Part shown: in pieces, positions 27,301 through 40,389 of the stretch | Position numbering within the stretch: the first letter of the stretch is position 1 | Layout: the number at the start of each line of letters is the position of its first letter | Origin: Antedon mediterranea | Taxonomy: Eukaryota; Animalia; Echinodermata | DNA: 64,000 bases | NCBI RefSeq assembly: GCF_964355755.1 | Contig: NC_092673.1 | Location: 22,937,648-23,001,647 of the forward strand | Direction: 5' to 3' | Notes under the pieces: model-generated | Told to the model about the DNA's origin: nothing | The model's input: the letters and a program-made list of their open reading frames with translations, nothing else | The model's database searches: none | Made by a program: the position numbers and the translations under genes

Positions 27301-30300
27301 CTAGGTGTGAATGTCCTCCTGGTCTTACAGGCTCCAGATGTGAGGTGTACATTGACAGTTGCTATAGCAATCCATGCCTCAACGGAGCAACTTGCCTTGA
27401 TGGTAATTCACGTTATGACTGCATCTGTTCCCGCGGTTACAGCGGAACTAACTGTGAAGTTGATATTGATATCTGTGATCCAAATCCTTGTTTTCATCGT
27501 GGTACCTGTGCTCCGTTTCCATCAACAGAGTTCAATTTGGATTTTACATGCCTATGTGCTGAAGGATTCATAGGTAGCTATATTTAATATTGTTATAATG
27601 AGCTCTGCAGCTTTGTCCATTGGGCTATATGGGTGATTGTGAAATTGATATGATTGAGCTTGTGCCAAACAGATTTTTCTAAAAGCACACCCACAACATC
27701 TAGCATTTTGTGTTTTGGTTGTTGTTGATGAATTTGTATCAGCCACAACGCTAAAATTATAAAGAATATCTACCATTGATATATCAGACCTTTTGATTTA
27801 TAAAATGTATGTACAAACCATATATATATATATATAGTAATTATAAATTGTTTTTTTAAAGGTGCTCAGTGTGAAGGTGACATTTACGAGTGCCGCTCAA
27901 ACCCTTGTCAAAATGGAGGTACATGTATGGAGCTGACCGATGGCCAACAAGGCTTTGAATGCACATGTACGAGTGAGTTCATTGGTGACGTCTGTGAAGT
28001 GGACAGGTATGGGTGTCTCTCTAACCCTTGCATAAATGGTGGCGCTTGTCAAGATACAGATACAGGTGAGAAAATGTATAATTTTGTTTACTATTTTTTT
28101 AGCTGTACCACCTTCTTATAATGGAATATGAGTGTTTTGATGGCCATTTTCCGGACTTTAAAATCTGACTTTCACATCCTGATTGACTTTTCTAGACCAA
28201 CCACAGGAGTGTGGTGTCTCAAGTTAACAAGGCATCAGAGTGAATAAGGTGTGACTATTAGGGTTTGTTCCCACCTTGCTACACTGTCCTTTCCTTCAAT
28301 AATATTCACAAAAATTTATTCCTAAACCTCTATCTACACTATCAAACTTTATGTGATGTGCCCATATATACACAATGATGTCATATTACTAGCAAATATG
28401 AGCAAATCACACTTTTTTTGTCAAACTAGTTTGATATTGTAGACAGAACTTTATGTATATATTGTAGGATATCAATGCCAGTGTCCTAGTGGATGGACTG
28501 GAATAAACTGTGAGCTTGACATAGATGAATGCCTGAGCATTGGACCCTGTTCCAATGGGGGACAATGCGTAAACTACTATGGCACGTACGAGTGTGCGTG
28601 CGACGTGCATTGGACAGGTCAGCATTGCGAAGTTGATGTACTCGAGTGTGATGTTCTACCACCAGTCTGCCTCAACGGCGGAGAGTGCGTTGAACAGCTA
28701 GGTCTGGATCCGGTCTGCGTCTGCTCCGACGGATTCACAGGACAATTTTGTGAGGAGAATGTTGATGAATGCGGATCATCTCCTTGTAGAAATGGAGCAA
28801 CCTGTAATGATGTTGTTGCAGGCTATGTATGTCAGTGTATCCCTGGGTTTGAAGGTAAGACTGAAATTAATTAAATACATTTTTTTCAATTAATATTATA
28901 CACTAACTTACATAAATGTTGTGTTCATTTTCCTAAAAGTATATATTGTAGTTGTACTTATAAAATGTCCTCTTTGATTCATCAATACCAAAAACAACAT
29001 AAACTTGTTAATTAACATTTTCATAAATAAAAAGTAGGTGCTTTAGTGGACCTAAAAAAGTATTGTTTTGGAAGAGTCTCCGTTTGTCAGAGAGTTGACT
29101 TTACTATCAAATAACTACAAAAGATGTAGTTATATCTTGGTATCATTTTTTGTACTGTTTGTAAATTTAAATGTAGAAATCACCCTTGTCTTACCACCTA
29201 ACCTAGGCTGAATTGTGCACATGTTTGAACAGCGCACCTTTCATCTTCCTTAAGAGTTCATTCATGTCGTACATTTACCACCAAATAGCATTCATTTGTC
29301 TGTTTTTCTAATCCACTTTTCTAGTACAATTCCGTTATTCTAACCAAAGTTCAATTTATGTTACTTTTTCTTTTATATTAAGGTGAAACATGTTTGGATA
29401 ATATAGATGAGTGCACATCAAACCCATGTATTAATGGAGCCACTTGTGCAGATCAACTTAACGGCTATTTCTGTGCATGTCCTTTTGGTTTCAATGGCAC
29501 ACAGTGTGAAGAAGACGTTGATGATTGTACGCCTAACTTCTGTGCCAATGGCGCCACCTGTATTGATCTTCTAAATTCGTTTACATGTTTGTGCACTCCA
29601 GGCTGGGAAGGTATTATGTATTTCTTATTTGAACAATTGGTATTACAGTATGTACTCAAAAGAACCAAATACTTTCAGCTATATATGCAACAACCACATT
29701 GTATTTCCTTATATATACACAAGGCAGCACAACAGTATTCTAATAGCCGCTAATGGTGTATACATCTAAAAGACAAATAAAGTTTCTTATATCTTGTATT
29801 ATGATTAGTAATTAATTTAACAAAAAACATACTTTCCAAATGCCTTATTCTTTTGGTATTTAGTATTTGTCCTCAAACTGAGGAAATTCGGATTAGGACC
29901 CACGGCAGCCAGCAGTGCAGCGCCTACCAGATCAGCACACCATCAGACGATCCCTTACTCTTTGCGAATAGTGTACCAAGTTCTTTAACATAACCTTAAT
30001 ATTAATATTCCAGGCCAGTTCTGTACCATTGAGATTGATGAGTGTTTATCAAGTCCTTGTGAAAATGGAGGCACCTGTGTTGATGAGGTTTATGGCTACA
30101 TGTGTCAATGCAGGATAGGCTACACAGGTAATGTATTAATGTCATCGACATCATCATCTTATCATTATCAGCATCTTAATTTTGTTGATATAAATATTGA
30201 TTAAAGGCTAAATTCACAGAGTCTGTGCTATAGTATGCTATTGCCTTGTGGAAATGATATAAAATGTGTGTCTATGTTACTACATTTATGTACATTACAT

Positions 30301-33300
30301 TAAGTATCAACAACACTGCCTTCAGCATCACTTGTCGTTATCATGTGATTAAACTATAATAAAGATGATATAAAAAATAACAATATAATAAATATAAAAT
30401 AAAATATAAAGGTCATTGGTTACTAAAGTCAATCATTGAAATAAAACAAGTGGCCAAGCGGTTAAGATGGTCAAACCGTAACTAGCCATAACATCTGTGA
30501 GTATTCGAGTCTCACTCGCTCCATGGTTCTGATGGTAGAACAACATTGTACACATCATGTGCACTTTTAAGAACCTAGTACATCTGAGACAAGTCAAAAC
30601 CTATAAAATAAGGTTTAAGAATTAAGAAAAAATATAAAATTAATTAAATGAATTAAAAAAATATATGTTTACAAATTATTAACAAATCTTTTCAGGTCCT
30701 GAGTGTCAATTTGATATAGATGACTGCGCCACCAATCCGTGTCTATTTGGAGTTTGTACCGACTTTGTTGGTTACTATACATGTCAATGCTTTCTTGGTT
30801 ATCAAGGTAAACACCCAGTGATTCACATTCACAAGCTGATTTGTCAGATAAATAGCACATTAGTTTTCAAACTAGATATTTAGCTGTTGGTCATTCTATG
30901 AAAATAGAGTATGCCCTTTGAAATTATTGTTTAAATTTAATTGTGCTGATCCTATTAGTTTAAATTTAATTTGCTGAGAGACAACTTTGATGATGGGATC
31001 TACAACACAGTCTGTACACACTATACTGCTTATTGTATAATTACTTTATTAAAATGGTTTTTTTACCTTGAAATAATAAGTATCCCTATTTTTGTAATGA
31101 TCCAGGTTATAACTGCACCGATGATATCAATGAGTGTTCGTCATCCCCATGCAATAATGGAGCGATCTGCTTAGAGCCTGCTGTCAACATGTATCAGTGT
31201 CAATGTCCAGATGGTAAGTGTGTTCCAGAGTTTTTCAGTTTAAACTTTATTTCATATACATACCTGAAATTCTGCTCTGTGCATTCCAAAGTGTTAGTCA
31301 GTATGTTCTTGCAGCGAATTATTAAGAATAAGTAAGAGAAATTTATAAAACAACCAAAAATCTACAAATTCACAACCTAGTTTTGGTAGTTCCTTGTAAT
31401 CGAGGAATCTGGTTTTGTACCATATGATATACACTTGTTGATAATGATGTTGTTACAGCACTGCATAAAGAAAATTAGAGTGCTAAACACAATTTACACA
31501 TGTCCTCTGATAATAATTGTCATCTTATTTTTCTCAGGTGTTGTTGGCACAAACTGTGAAACAATACAAACCATCAGTCTGGATGGTAACAACTACATAA
31601 CCCTTGACCCTTTACCAACATACAATTCAGTGAGTAGAAGACGAAAGAGGGCTGTAGATCAGATCTCCATCAATTTTGAGATTGTGACAGCTGAAGCCAA
31701 TGGAGTCCTTATGTATACTCAGGGAGTAAGTATAAATTGTATATTTGTGCATTGTATTCAATTTGTGAACATTGAATCAAGAGAAGAAATGTGAAAAAGA
31801 TTAGCGCATTTGGTAAATTGTTGTTGCCTTTGTTCCAATTCAAGATTTTGCATTGATATAACATTTCTTTGTTTTAGTCCCAGCCTGAAGACCGTATTGA
31901 TCACCTTGCTTTGGAGTTATTCAACGGTCAGCTTCATCTAACCTACGACGATGGACACGAGACAGCATCAGTAGTGCTCGGAGGGCAGCTTAATAACGCT
32001 AGGCCGCACACCATTGGACTCTACATATCAAACCTTCAAGCGGTGGTGACGATTGACAACGGAGGCTGCCCATCTGGACAGTGTACTGCTTCAGTTATAC
32101 CATCACTAAATCAAGGCGTCCTAGAGCTGAATGGCCCGTTGTATATCGGTGGTGTTGGTCCCACTTTAACGCCATACATTAGATCAAAGCTTTATTCTAC
32201 TGATAATTTCAGAGGATGCTTTCAGGTAACAAAAATTCATACAGTACTTTAAATCTCCGACTACACTATCAAACTAGTTGTGATGTGCCCAAATATGGTA
32301 GTGATGTGCCCAAATTTGGTAGTGATATGACATCATCATGTCCATATATGGGCACATCTCATTTTTTTTCACATAAATTTGATACCTGACATACTCTTGT
32401 GCGAACTCTGTTAAAAAAACTCTCATATACTTATGTGTCGAACCTGTGATATAACTCTAATTTATCTCAGGTAGAATGCCAGTACGTTTCGGGTACATCC
32501 GATGTAACTCTAACTCAGATAATTCATTTATACGCTTAATACATTTGTTTCTTGTTCATGTAAACCAAAGATTATTTATTGGGTAACAATTATATACTCT
32601 ACTCAAACAGACTATCTAACAGGATAATAATATATTGTTACATAATGAAGAAATGACTATATATACTATAACATAATTAATTAATGTATAAATTAATAAA
32701 ATATAAATGTGATTACAAATTTACTCACAGACTTTTATTATTAAATAATAATTATAAATAAACCATTTTCTCTCCTTAGGAATTGAGCATTGATAATTTA
32801 CCCATCAGTCTTAGCTCCAACACTCCACCATCATCTTCATCAAGTACCCCCTCTACTGGTTGCTCATTGTCAGACACTTGTGTCACTTCCCCCTGTAATA
32901 ACGATGGTCAGTGCGTCAACACATGGCTTGGTTACATGTGTGAGTGCGCTGTTGGGTTCAAAGGTGAAACGTGTGAGATTCAAACTACAGCAAGCTTCAG
33001 TTCAAATTCATTTCTGTATTTTCCCGGCACCGAAGCAGTTGCGGAAGTCACATTCTTGTTCTCAGCAGCCAATCAAAATCCAGGATTACTTCTATACACA
33101 GTATGTGCTTATGTATTGTTTTAGATCTGAAAATTGCCCATCACTTACATTTAGATGAAATATTCTTATTATAATCAATTGTTTATATTGTTTTCTGGTA
33201 AAAAAAGACAAATAAATGTTGTAATTTTGCTTTCTAATTTTTGAAATACTAAAGTACTGTATGAGTATACAAATATTATTAAATACTTTTTTAGGAATGT

Positions 33301-36300
33301 TTTTTGAAGGCTGCGAATGTTCTTATTTTTCAGTTATCGGGTGTTACAGTCTTCCTGACAGAGGAGGGAACCCTTAAAGTACAGTTACTTGAGCTGGGTG
33401 GTGTCAGCTCTGTTACATTGGGTCAAGACTTGACCAATGGTGATTGGTACACTGTGCAGCTAGCATTACAAGTTTTTGTTTTGGAAATTACAGGTTAGTG
33501 TATTTTTAACTGTTTGCAAATGTTTATGGTGGGACCAATGTCACTTGGAAAACATGTCAATAAGATATAAATTGCCCAATAACACAACTAAACAATATAT
33601 CACAAACTTATGCCTTTTTACATGATTTTACTGATCCATTGCGCCATCCATGTGGCTCGCCCACAAAGAACTCCCCTTTTAAATTTTACTGGTTTTTTCT
33701 CCCTTTTTAGTTACCAATCTTTATACAAATGCTCGCTACAACAATCAGATCATATCGGCCCCACTCATCACCATCAACATGCCCATCTTCTTTGGTAGCC
33801 TTCATCCAGATGCCTCGTTGGGCCCAGTCAGGAACAGTTTGGATATTTACACCAGGTAAGTCGAGTTAATCACATTTGTCATTGATAATTAAGTCATAAT
33901 ACCTTTTGTGTTAACTTGATGTTATATCAATCGTATTAAAGTTAAACAAAAAATGTAAATATACAAAAGAAAAACTTAACATATATTCACATTTTATTTG
34001 GTTATTCACATTTTTTCATTTATTACATTCATACAAATTCATTTATTCCTGCTTGGTTTTGCATTAAATCATCATAGACATCAAATAATATTACTAGTGG
34101 TACTAATTCTCAGTACTCCATTTAACCAAAAATGTAAACATTGAGAAAATTACATCAATATGTGTAATAAAAGAATTTTTATACCAAAATCATTATGACC
34201 TCCAATTGACTATTTAATGAAATAAATACTCATATTGAATCTTCAGGTATAAAACATGATTCATCAAATTGTCATTGTGATCATCTCATTCATTTTTTGT
34301 TTCATTACCATTCATTTTTCATCAGCTTCACTGGCTGCATTAGAGATCTCTACATCAACTATCAAGAAACATCACTGCTAAACGCCGCTCGCTTCACCAT
34401 TACTGATCCACCCATAGCAGTACCAGGGTGCCCTAGAGAGGCTATGTGCGTGCCTAACCCTTGTCAGAATGATGGTGTATGTGAGGCTAGCTGGGACGGT
34501 TTTACTTGTCAATGTCACTCACATTACACTGGTAGCAATTGTGAAGAAGGTAACTCTCTCACTAATTTAACTTCTCAAACCAATCTGTCCTAAATATTTG
34601 GGAATTGTGCTAACCGTGAAGTAGGATTTGTACTAACTTTCCACCATGAGTGTCTGTGCCTCCTGATGCCTGCACTGTTTGAGTCATGGTAACACTCCAT
34701 TTTACTAGGATTATTTAGACCAATTTTTTAATTCGAAACATGAACTTCAATGTATTTATTTGAGTGTCATGCGTGAGAGATGTTTGTACGGCCCGCTACG
34801 GCGCTTGGACTATTCCATTTTCCTTTCGAGAGGTGTCGATATTGGGAATAATGGCATATGTAGAGTCTATACAGGTAGGTATCTCACTCATAGACTACCA
34901 ACACTACTGTTGGTTTGTGTATTTTGTATGAACCTTACATTCATTCTCTCCTTATAGTCTGGCCTTTGACCTTCAACGGCGGCAGTAGTACATTGCAGCT
35001 TGTCATTGACAGTGAGGTTTTTACATTTGGTGATAGATTCTCAATATACTACCGTACCCGTGATTCCTCTGGTGTAATCATGCGCGTCAATCTGTTCTCG
35101 AATCGTGGTGGTGAGAACGATTACATGCAGGCTGTAATTACCGGTGATAGAGAATTAAGATTTGAAACACTATTCAATGGAGGTTAGTCATTTCAGTCAT
35201 ACTCATTTTACTGATTTTCGATAGATGCCAATGTTATGTTATTCATAAGCAATTACAAACAACAATATTAAACATGGAGTTTGCTTTTGATGTTGACAAT
35301 TATTAAAGTATTCTTAATAAAGTTATTCCCGCCATTGCATGTAACAATGTATAATAAGTAAAGTGTAAACAATTCTTTATATCAAACCAATTACGAGAGA
35401 TTAGATGGTAATACCTTCTTTTCTAGATGGTTTCGTTGTTCCTTTCACTAACAAATTCTTCAGAAGAATGACCCTGTAATTATTATTATTATAATTGTTT
35501 TATTATTATTGTATAATAAGGTTTCACAAAAGATGATATTCTAGATACATAAGCACATATAGAAATACAAATATTTTTTCTGTGTTGAGAGGATAGGATC
35601 AAAGTTAACATTTTCTAATAAAGGACGAAACTTAGAATCAATTATGGTATCACGGTTTTCATTTTCTATTCTTTTTTTCAGTAGATCTTTCACTACAGCT
35701 ATTAGAGTATTACCATCTACCAAAATATCACAAGCACTAATATCTGAATTATATCATATTTTTTAGTTTCTAGCAGCTTACCAATTACAGCAAATGTAAC
35801 CGATGCAGAATGGCAACAGATGTCATGGCAAAGAGATCGCAGTATTATTCGGGTTACTCACATGGGTACATCTTACACTCTATTAGGGGATTTCCCCATG
35901 CATACATCAGCCCACAGCTCAGTGTCCCAAGTTCTTGTTGGTGGCCTTACTGGAGGTATGTTGGATAGTGTTGTTTTTTTGTGAATGAATGATGAGAGGT
36001 TATATTTCAACTTGGCTTTGCCTCGTTGAAATATAACCTTTCATCATTCACCTCATGCCATTATTTGTACCATTACACTCATAAATATTATTTATTTGTA
36101 TAAAATTAAGCTTGTTTTAATCTTTTGAATATTGTTATATTTTAGGTGATCCATCAACAAGCTTCCAAGGGTGTATACGCGATGTCCAAATTAACAACGA
36201 ACAGATTTACTACCTTGGAGTAGAGGAACAATACGGCATAACCGTGTCTCAATCAAACGTTGAACTTGGCTGTATACCAGTGGACTCATGTCAACCTGAC

Positions 36301-39300
36301 CCCTGCTCTGTGAATGCTGTGTGTGTGGATATCTGGAATTCTTTTACATGTGACTGTCTTGATGGATGGGAGGGGCTTGACTGCTCAATTAGTGTGGATG
36401 ATTGCATTGGTAAGGAGAACATTTGTAACACACTTTACTTAAAAATAGCAGTTGAACTTCTGATAAGCGAACAGGCACCTCCCATAAACAGAAACATACC
36501 ATTTTTGGCAATAGAATTTTGATTGATTTTCCTTAGTTAACCAGCTATCCAAAGAGATTTTCAAATACAGTTTGTATAAAAAATAATGAAAATAACATTA
36601 CCGATCTCGAAAAATTGAATGGAAGATAAATAAATACCAAGGCCTGGAAAATTAAGGTCATCTAAATTTAGAATATACTGTAAAATAATCTGTCATGTGA
36701 ACAATTTTAGGAAACTGGGTGAAACAACAAAACACAAAATTGCAGATTTATATTATTGGCTTTTAAATTATGTACCATAAAAGTTACATAGCAGGAGAAT
36801 TGCATTTCACATTACATTATTTCTATCACCATATTATATTTTATTGTTATTTTTTTCATTTAAATATCAACACATTTTTTTTTATTTCCAGGAAATATGT
36901 GTGAGAATGGAGCCATATGTGAAGATGCTTATATGAACTACACATGTGTTTGCACACCTGGGTTCTCTGGTTCACTGTGCCAAACTGAAATTAACAGGTG
37001 TAACGAAAACCCATGTCAGTCCAACAATTCAGCGTCTTGCATACCTGTATTCCCTGCTGACTTCACATGTGACTGTTTAGCAGGATATGAAGGCAAGATC
37101 TGTGATATCGATAACACGCTGTGTTCGCAAGATCCGTGTCTAAACGGTGGGCAATGTGAACAACCATTGGATAATACGTTTTACACGTGTACTTGTCCAG
37201 ATTACTACGAGGGAACAAATTGCGAGACTTACAATGCATGTTTTGTGCATGATTGCCAGAATGGAGCGACGTGTATGGCTAACGGCCTTACTTATTACTG
37301 TTTATGTTCTGATACTTACCACGGATCATTATGTGAACATCTTGATGCTTGTTTTGTAAACCCATGTGAACATGGTGGTACATGTACGCGTGTCAATAGT
37401 AACTATACATGCACGTGTACAGTACATTGGCAAGGAAACGATTGTGATGATCCTGTTAATAAATGTGTTGACAATGTTTGTTTGAATGGAGGGACATGTT
37501 TTCACGATCTTACCATGCCAGAAGGTGACTTTGTCTGCGAGTGCCTCGATGGATACTCTGGTAACCTCTGTGATGTTGACATCGATGAGTGTTCCTCAGC
37601 GCCATGCATTAACGGCGCTCTTTGCATTGACAGTGCCACTGATGGTGAAGAATTCTTTTCTGGTTATCGATGTCAGTGTCTTCCTGGCTTCGAAGGCATC
37701 AATTGTCAGTCTGACATCGATGAATGCAGTAGCATTCCATGCCAGTTTGGAGGAACATGTCGAGATGGTGTTGACATGTATGTCTGCGTCTGTAAAGAGT
37801 ATTACATAGGTGACAACTGCGAGTTGGATCTGAGAACCTGCAGCTTAGGTTTATGTCAGAACGGTGCCACCTGTTTGAATCAGCAGTTTGGGTTCAGCTG
37901 TGTCTGTCCGGTAGGATTCGGTGGTGAGTACTGCGAATCTGAGATCAACATATGTGCTACATCACCATGTCAGAATGATGGCACATGCCGCTACATCGGC
38001 CCATGTTTGTGTGCGACCCTCCCAGAAGAAGCAGAAGCATGTAATGATGATGAAGTCTGTCAAAGAAATGCTTGTACTCTTGATCCTACATGCGGTGTAA
38101 GGCAGCAAACTTATGAATGTGATTGTCTTGCTGGTTATGAAGGAATCAACTGCCAATTAGACATCAATGAATGTCAGCTCCCAGATCCTATATGCCTAAA
38201 CAATGGCGTGTGTTCTAACACTATTGGTGGCTTCTCTTGTGATTGTACCGGAACTGGATTCTCTGGTGAGTTCTGCTCGCAGAACATTAATGAATGCCTC
38301 TCACAGCCATGTCAAAATGGTGCAGAATGTCTTGACAATGTTCCGTTGAATGGTGAGGAGTTTTTCAGATGCCGTTGCTCATTGGGGTACATTGGTGTTC
38401 TCTGCGAACAGGACGACAATGAATGCATAAGTGAACCGTGTGTTAATGACGGTGTATGTCGCGATCTTGTTAGTTCATATCAATGTGACTGCAGTGACAC
38501 TGGATTCTCTGGTACCAATTGTCAAGAGGATGTTGATGAGTGCTTTTTGCAGATGGATTCTTGTGAGAATCTCTCTCAATGTAAGAACCATGCTGGTGGA
38601 TATACATGTGAATGTTCTGAAGACTTTGACGGTACAGTTATTCAAATTCTTATTTCTTTGTAGTTAAAAACGTTTTAAAAACTAAAAAGACACTCAGAAT
38701 GCACAAACCTCCGCTTAGCCATATGAAAATTGTGTTCCCATACAGCTATGAAACCATCCTTTAAAATCTTATACAAAATCAGGCAATACCTTTTTGAGTA
38801 ATCAGCTACTTAACAAATATAGACAGACAACAAACATACCCAATTGACCTTATGACCTCTCGCCATTCTGACTGAAGTAATTAAAGCATTAACATGTGAT
38901 TGCAAAACATATACAATTTATAGAGAAAATCATTACAAATTATTGATAATAAAACAAATTTATCAATTTGATTATTGTATTTTTTTAAAATCTATATTTT
39001 AATAACCAAAATTTGTTACTCTATTTTCTTCAAAACCACGTTAGCAAAACCAGCGCCTTTTAAGATATAGCACCCTTTAATCCCCCTTTTACCTTTCTGC
39101 TAAATGTGGATGTATTTTTAAAACTAATTTAAAAATCAGTTCACACAGAGGTCATCATTACTGCTAGTTTTTTAATTTTCATAAAAAAATTTCTATAATT
39201 CATTCATAACACAATTTTTTCGGATATTTTAAATGATTGAAATAAGTAAACGAATATATCAATGTAGTAGATGATTTATAGTAATTGCGTTATTTCCTCT

Positions 39301-40389
39301 GGGTACGGATTAAACCTTTCTATACAACACTACATTGATTGATCATTTTTACTTTATTTTTAGAGGCTTTACATTCAGTTATAATGTAAGTTTATTAACA
39401 AACTAGCCTGATTGCGAATAGATTTGAATACTAATAATTTCATTTATAATTATTTTTGTGAAGAACACACTTTTAGCTAAATGATTTTGATTTGTTTTTA
39501 CTGATAACATTCTACAAAATTGTGAACTGTTTTGTATTTGTTTTGAATTACAAAAATAGCAACAAGACTAAAACAATAAGATATTTGCATTGAAGTAAAA
39601 ATAAATGAAATAATGATTTATTACATACATTAAAATGTGTGGAAATCAAACAGTACTGTATGTATGTTATACCACTTTCACATAGCAAAACTCTGGAGTT
39701 TAAACACACCTTTTGTATGGCACGCCCAAGTGTGTGTAAACTCTGGAGTTTATTCACACAGCTAGGGAGTCCAGTGTTTGTAAACTCTGAGGTTTTGCTA
39801 GGCAATGTGAAAACTGTATCAGACTTAAAATTAGTCAAATCTCCCAATACAGGACTCTCTGAAAACCTGAAACAATCCTAAAAACAAACCCTCCTATAAC
39901 CAGACTTTTCCAAGGTCCAATTGATTCCAAATTCATTTTTTCCATTATAAACACTTTCCAGAAAACCAGACATAATATTGTGCCTGCCCAAAGGTGTCTG
40001 GGGAGGGAGAGTTGAATGTATCTGTATTTTAAATTGTAATTGTCTGGTAGCCGCTAGAGAATGCTGGATCAGGTACCAATGTATGCATGTACGTATTTAT
40101 CCACTTTATTCATAACCCACAACGTAGTAAAAAGATTTTAAATATTCTGTGTGTTTATCTTGCAGGTGAATTATGTCAGGAAGCCATCTCCCGTACGTCC
40201 ACCGCAGCAGTTGTTGTTCCAATCTTTATCATCCTTATCCTCATCATTGTGGCCATTTTCTTCACCTACCGCCATGTGAGAAACTCGCGCAAGATGAAAG
40301 GAAAGTACAACCCATCCAAAGCGGAACAGGAAGCAGGCGGTATATCGTTGGCAGCATTTGATATGGATAATGATGAACGACTTATTTAA
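18349..40389 (+). CDS. crb: Crumbs apical polarity protein, ~3,031 aa: signal peptide, 2 LamG, ~33 EGF, 3 LamG interleaved with EGF, ~15 EGF, TM, FERM-binding motif and ERLI
   Basis: Manually spliced GT-AG exons: 18349-18442, 18717-18988, 19283-19737, 20309-20402, 20947-21088, 21513-21711, 21952-22187, 22559-22774, 22885-23007, 23198-23531, 24129-25252, 25564-25704, 26003-26219, 27305-27573, 27862-28065, 28468-28854, 29383-29610, 30014-30127, 30696-30806, 31106-31213, 31538-31725, 31878-32225, 32780-33100, 33334-33493, 33711-33855, 34326-34549, 34958-35182, 35767-35955, 36146-36409, 36892-38631, 40166-40389. Total 9096 nt, divisible by 3. The last exon gives [30 protein letters not shown] and terminal ERLI*, the Crumbs signature. 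Confidence 0.95.
19085..19262 (+). repeat. Degenerate tandem repeat (3 copies, ~70 bp) in crumbs intron
   Basis: agatt...actgaataaat...gtttgctttgcttt repeated at ~19087, 19157 and 19227. Confidence 0.7.
19774..19885. mobile_element. Diverged copy of the ~150-bp Tourist/Harbinger-like MITE family
   Basis: agctccgtcaacattgtcaaacttt...actaccatattt...cacacttttttttgtcaaa...cagagtttta. Confidence 0.55.
20439..20780. mobile_element. MITE with ~18-bp TIRs
   Basis: atacccctttacaccgc-like left end and gcggtgtaaaaggggtat right end, in TA-rich flanks. Confidence 0.75.
21778..21876. mobile_element. hAT-type MITE with 8-bp TSD
   Basis: atagtatt|cagtggcgtaac...gtttcgccacg|atagtatt; perfect 8-bp TSD. Confidence 0.8.
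22250..22487. mobile_element. Tc1/mariner-type MITE remnant
   Basis: tactgtaaaaccagaaa ... tttctggttttaaaata inverted termini. Confidence 0.55.
26381..26875. mobile_element. MITE with ~50-bp TIRs and AAT TSD (PIF/Harbinger-related)
   Basis: aat|agggaggtttcgcaaccttacgaatacgataacgaaaac ... gttttcgttatcgtattcgtaagattgcgaaacctctct|aat. Confidence 0.85.
28326..28450. mobile_element. Tourist/Harbinger-like MITE family copy
   Basis: acctctatctacactatcaaac...gtttgatattgtagacagaact. Confidence 0.8.
30450..30590 (+). mobile_element. tRNA-derived SINE
   Basis: A box gtggccaagcggttaag and degenerate B box gtattcgagtctc. Confidence 0.55.
32253..32383. mobile_element. Tourist/Harbinger-like MITE family copy (one end truncated)
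   Basis: ctacactatcaaac...gtgatgtgcccaaatatggtagtgat...gggcacatc. Confidence 0.75.
35986..36050. repeat. Inverted repeat / hairpin in crumbs intron
   Basis: tgaatgatgagaggttatatttcaac pairs with gttgaaatataacctttcatcattca (26-bp stem, 13-nt loop). Confidence 0.8.
38680..38882 (+). mobile_element. Helentron-associated (DINE/HINE-like) element
   Basis: aactaaaaagacactcagaatgcacaaacctccgc start, internal agacagacaacaaac tract and ...gaagtaatt end. The classification is inference. Confidence 0.4.
39669..39819. mobile_element. Palindromic MITE
   Basis: ataccactttcacatagcaaaact ... gttttgctaggcaatgtgaaaactgtat, with internal repeats aaactctggagttt. Confidence 0.6.

Noticed and set aside
24191-38667. 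Overlapping alternate-frame and antisense ORFs within EGF exons
   Set aside because: Expected shadows of Cys/Asn/Gly-rich coding sequence, with no splice or domain support.
18349-40389. Notch, fibropellin or eyes shut as identity of the EGF-rich gene
   Set aside because: No LNR, ankyrin, CUB or avidin domains. The TM plus short tail with GxYxPSxxE and ERLI is diagnostic for Crumbs.
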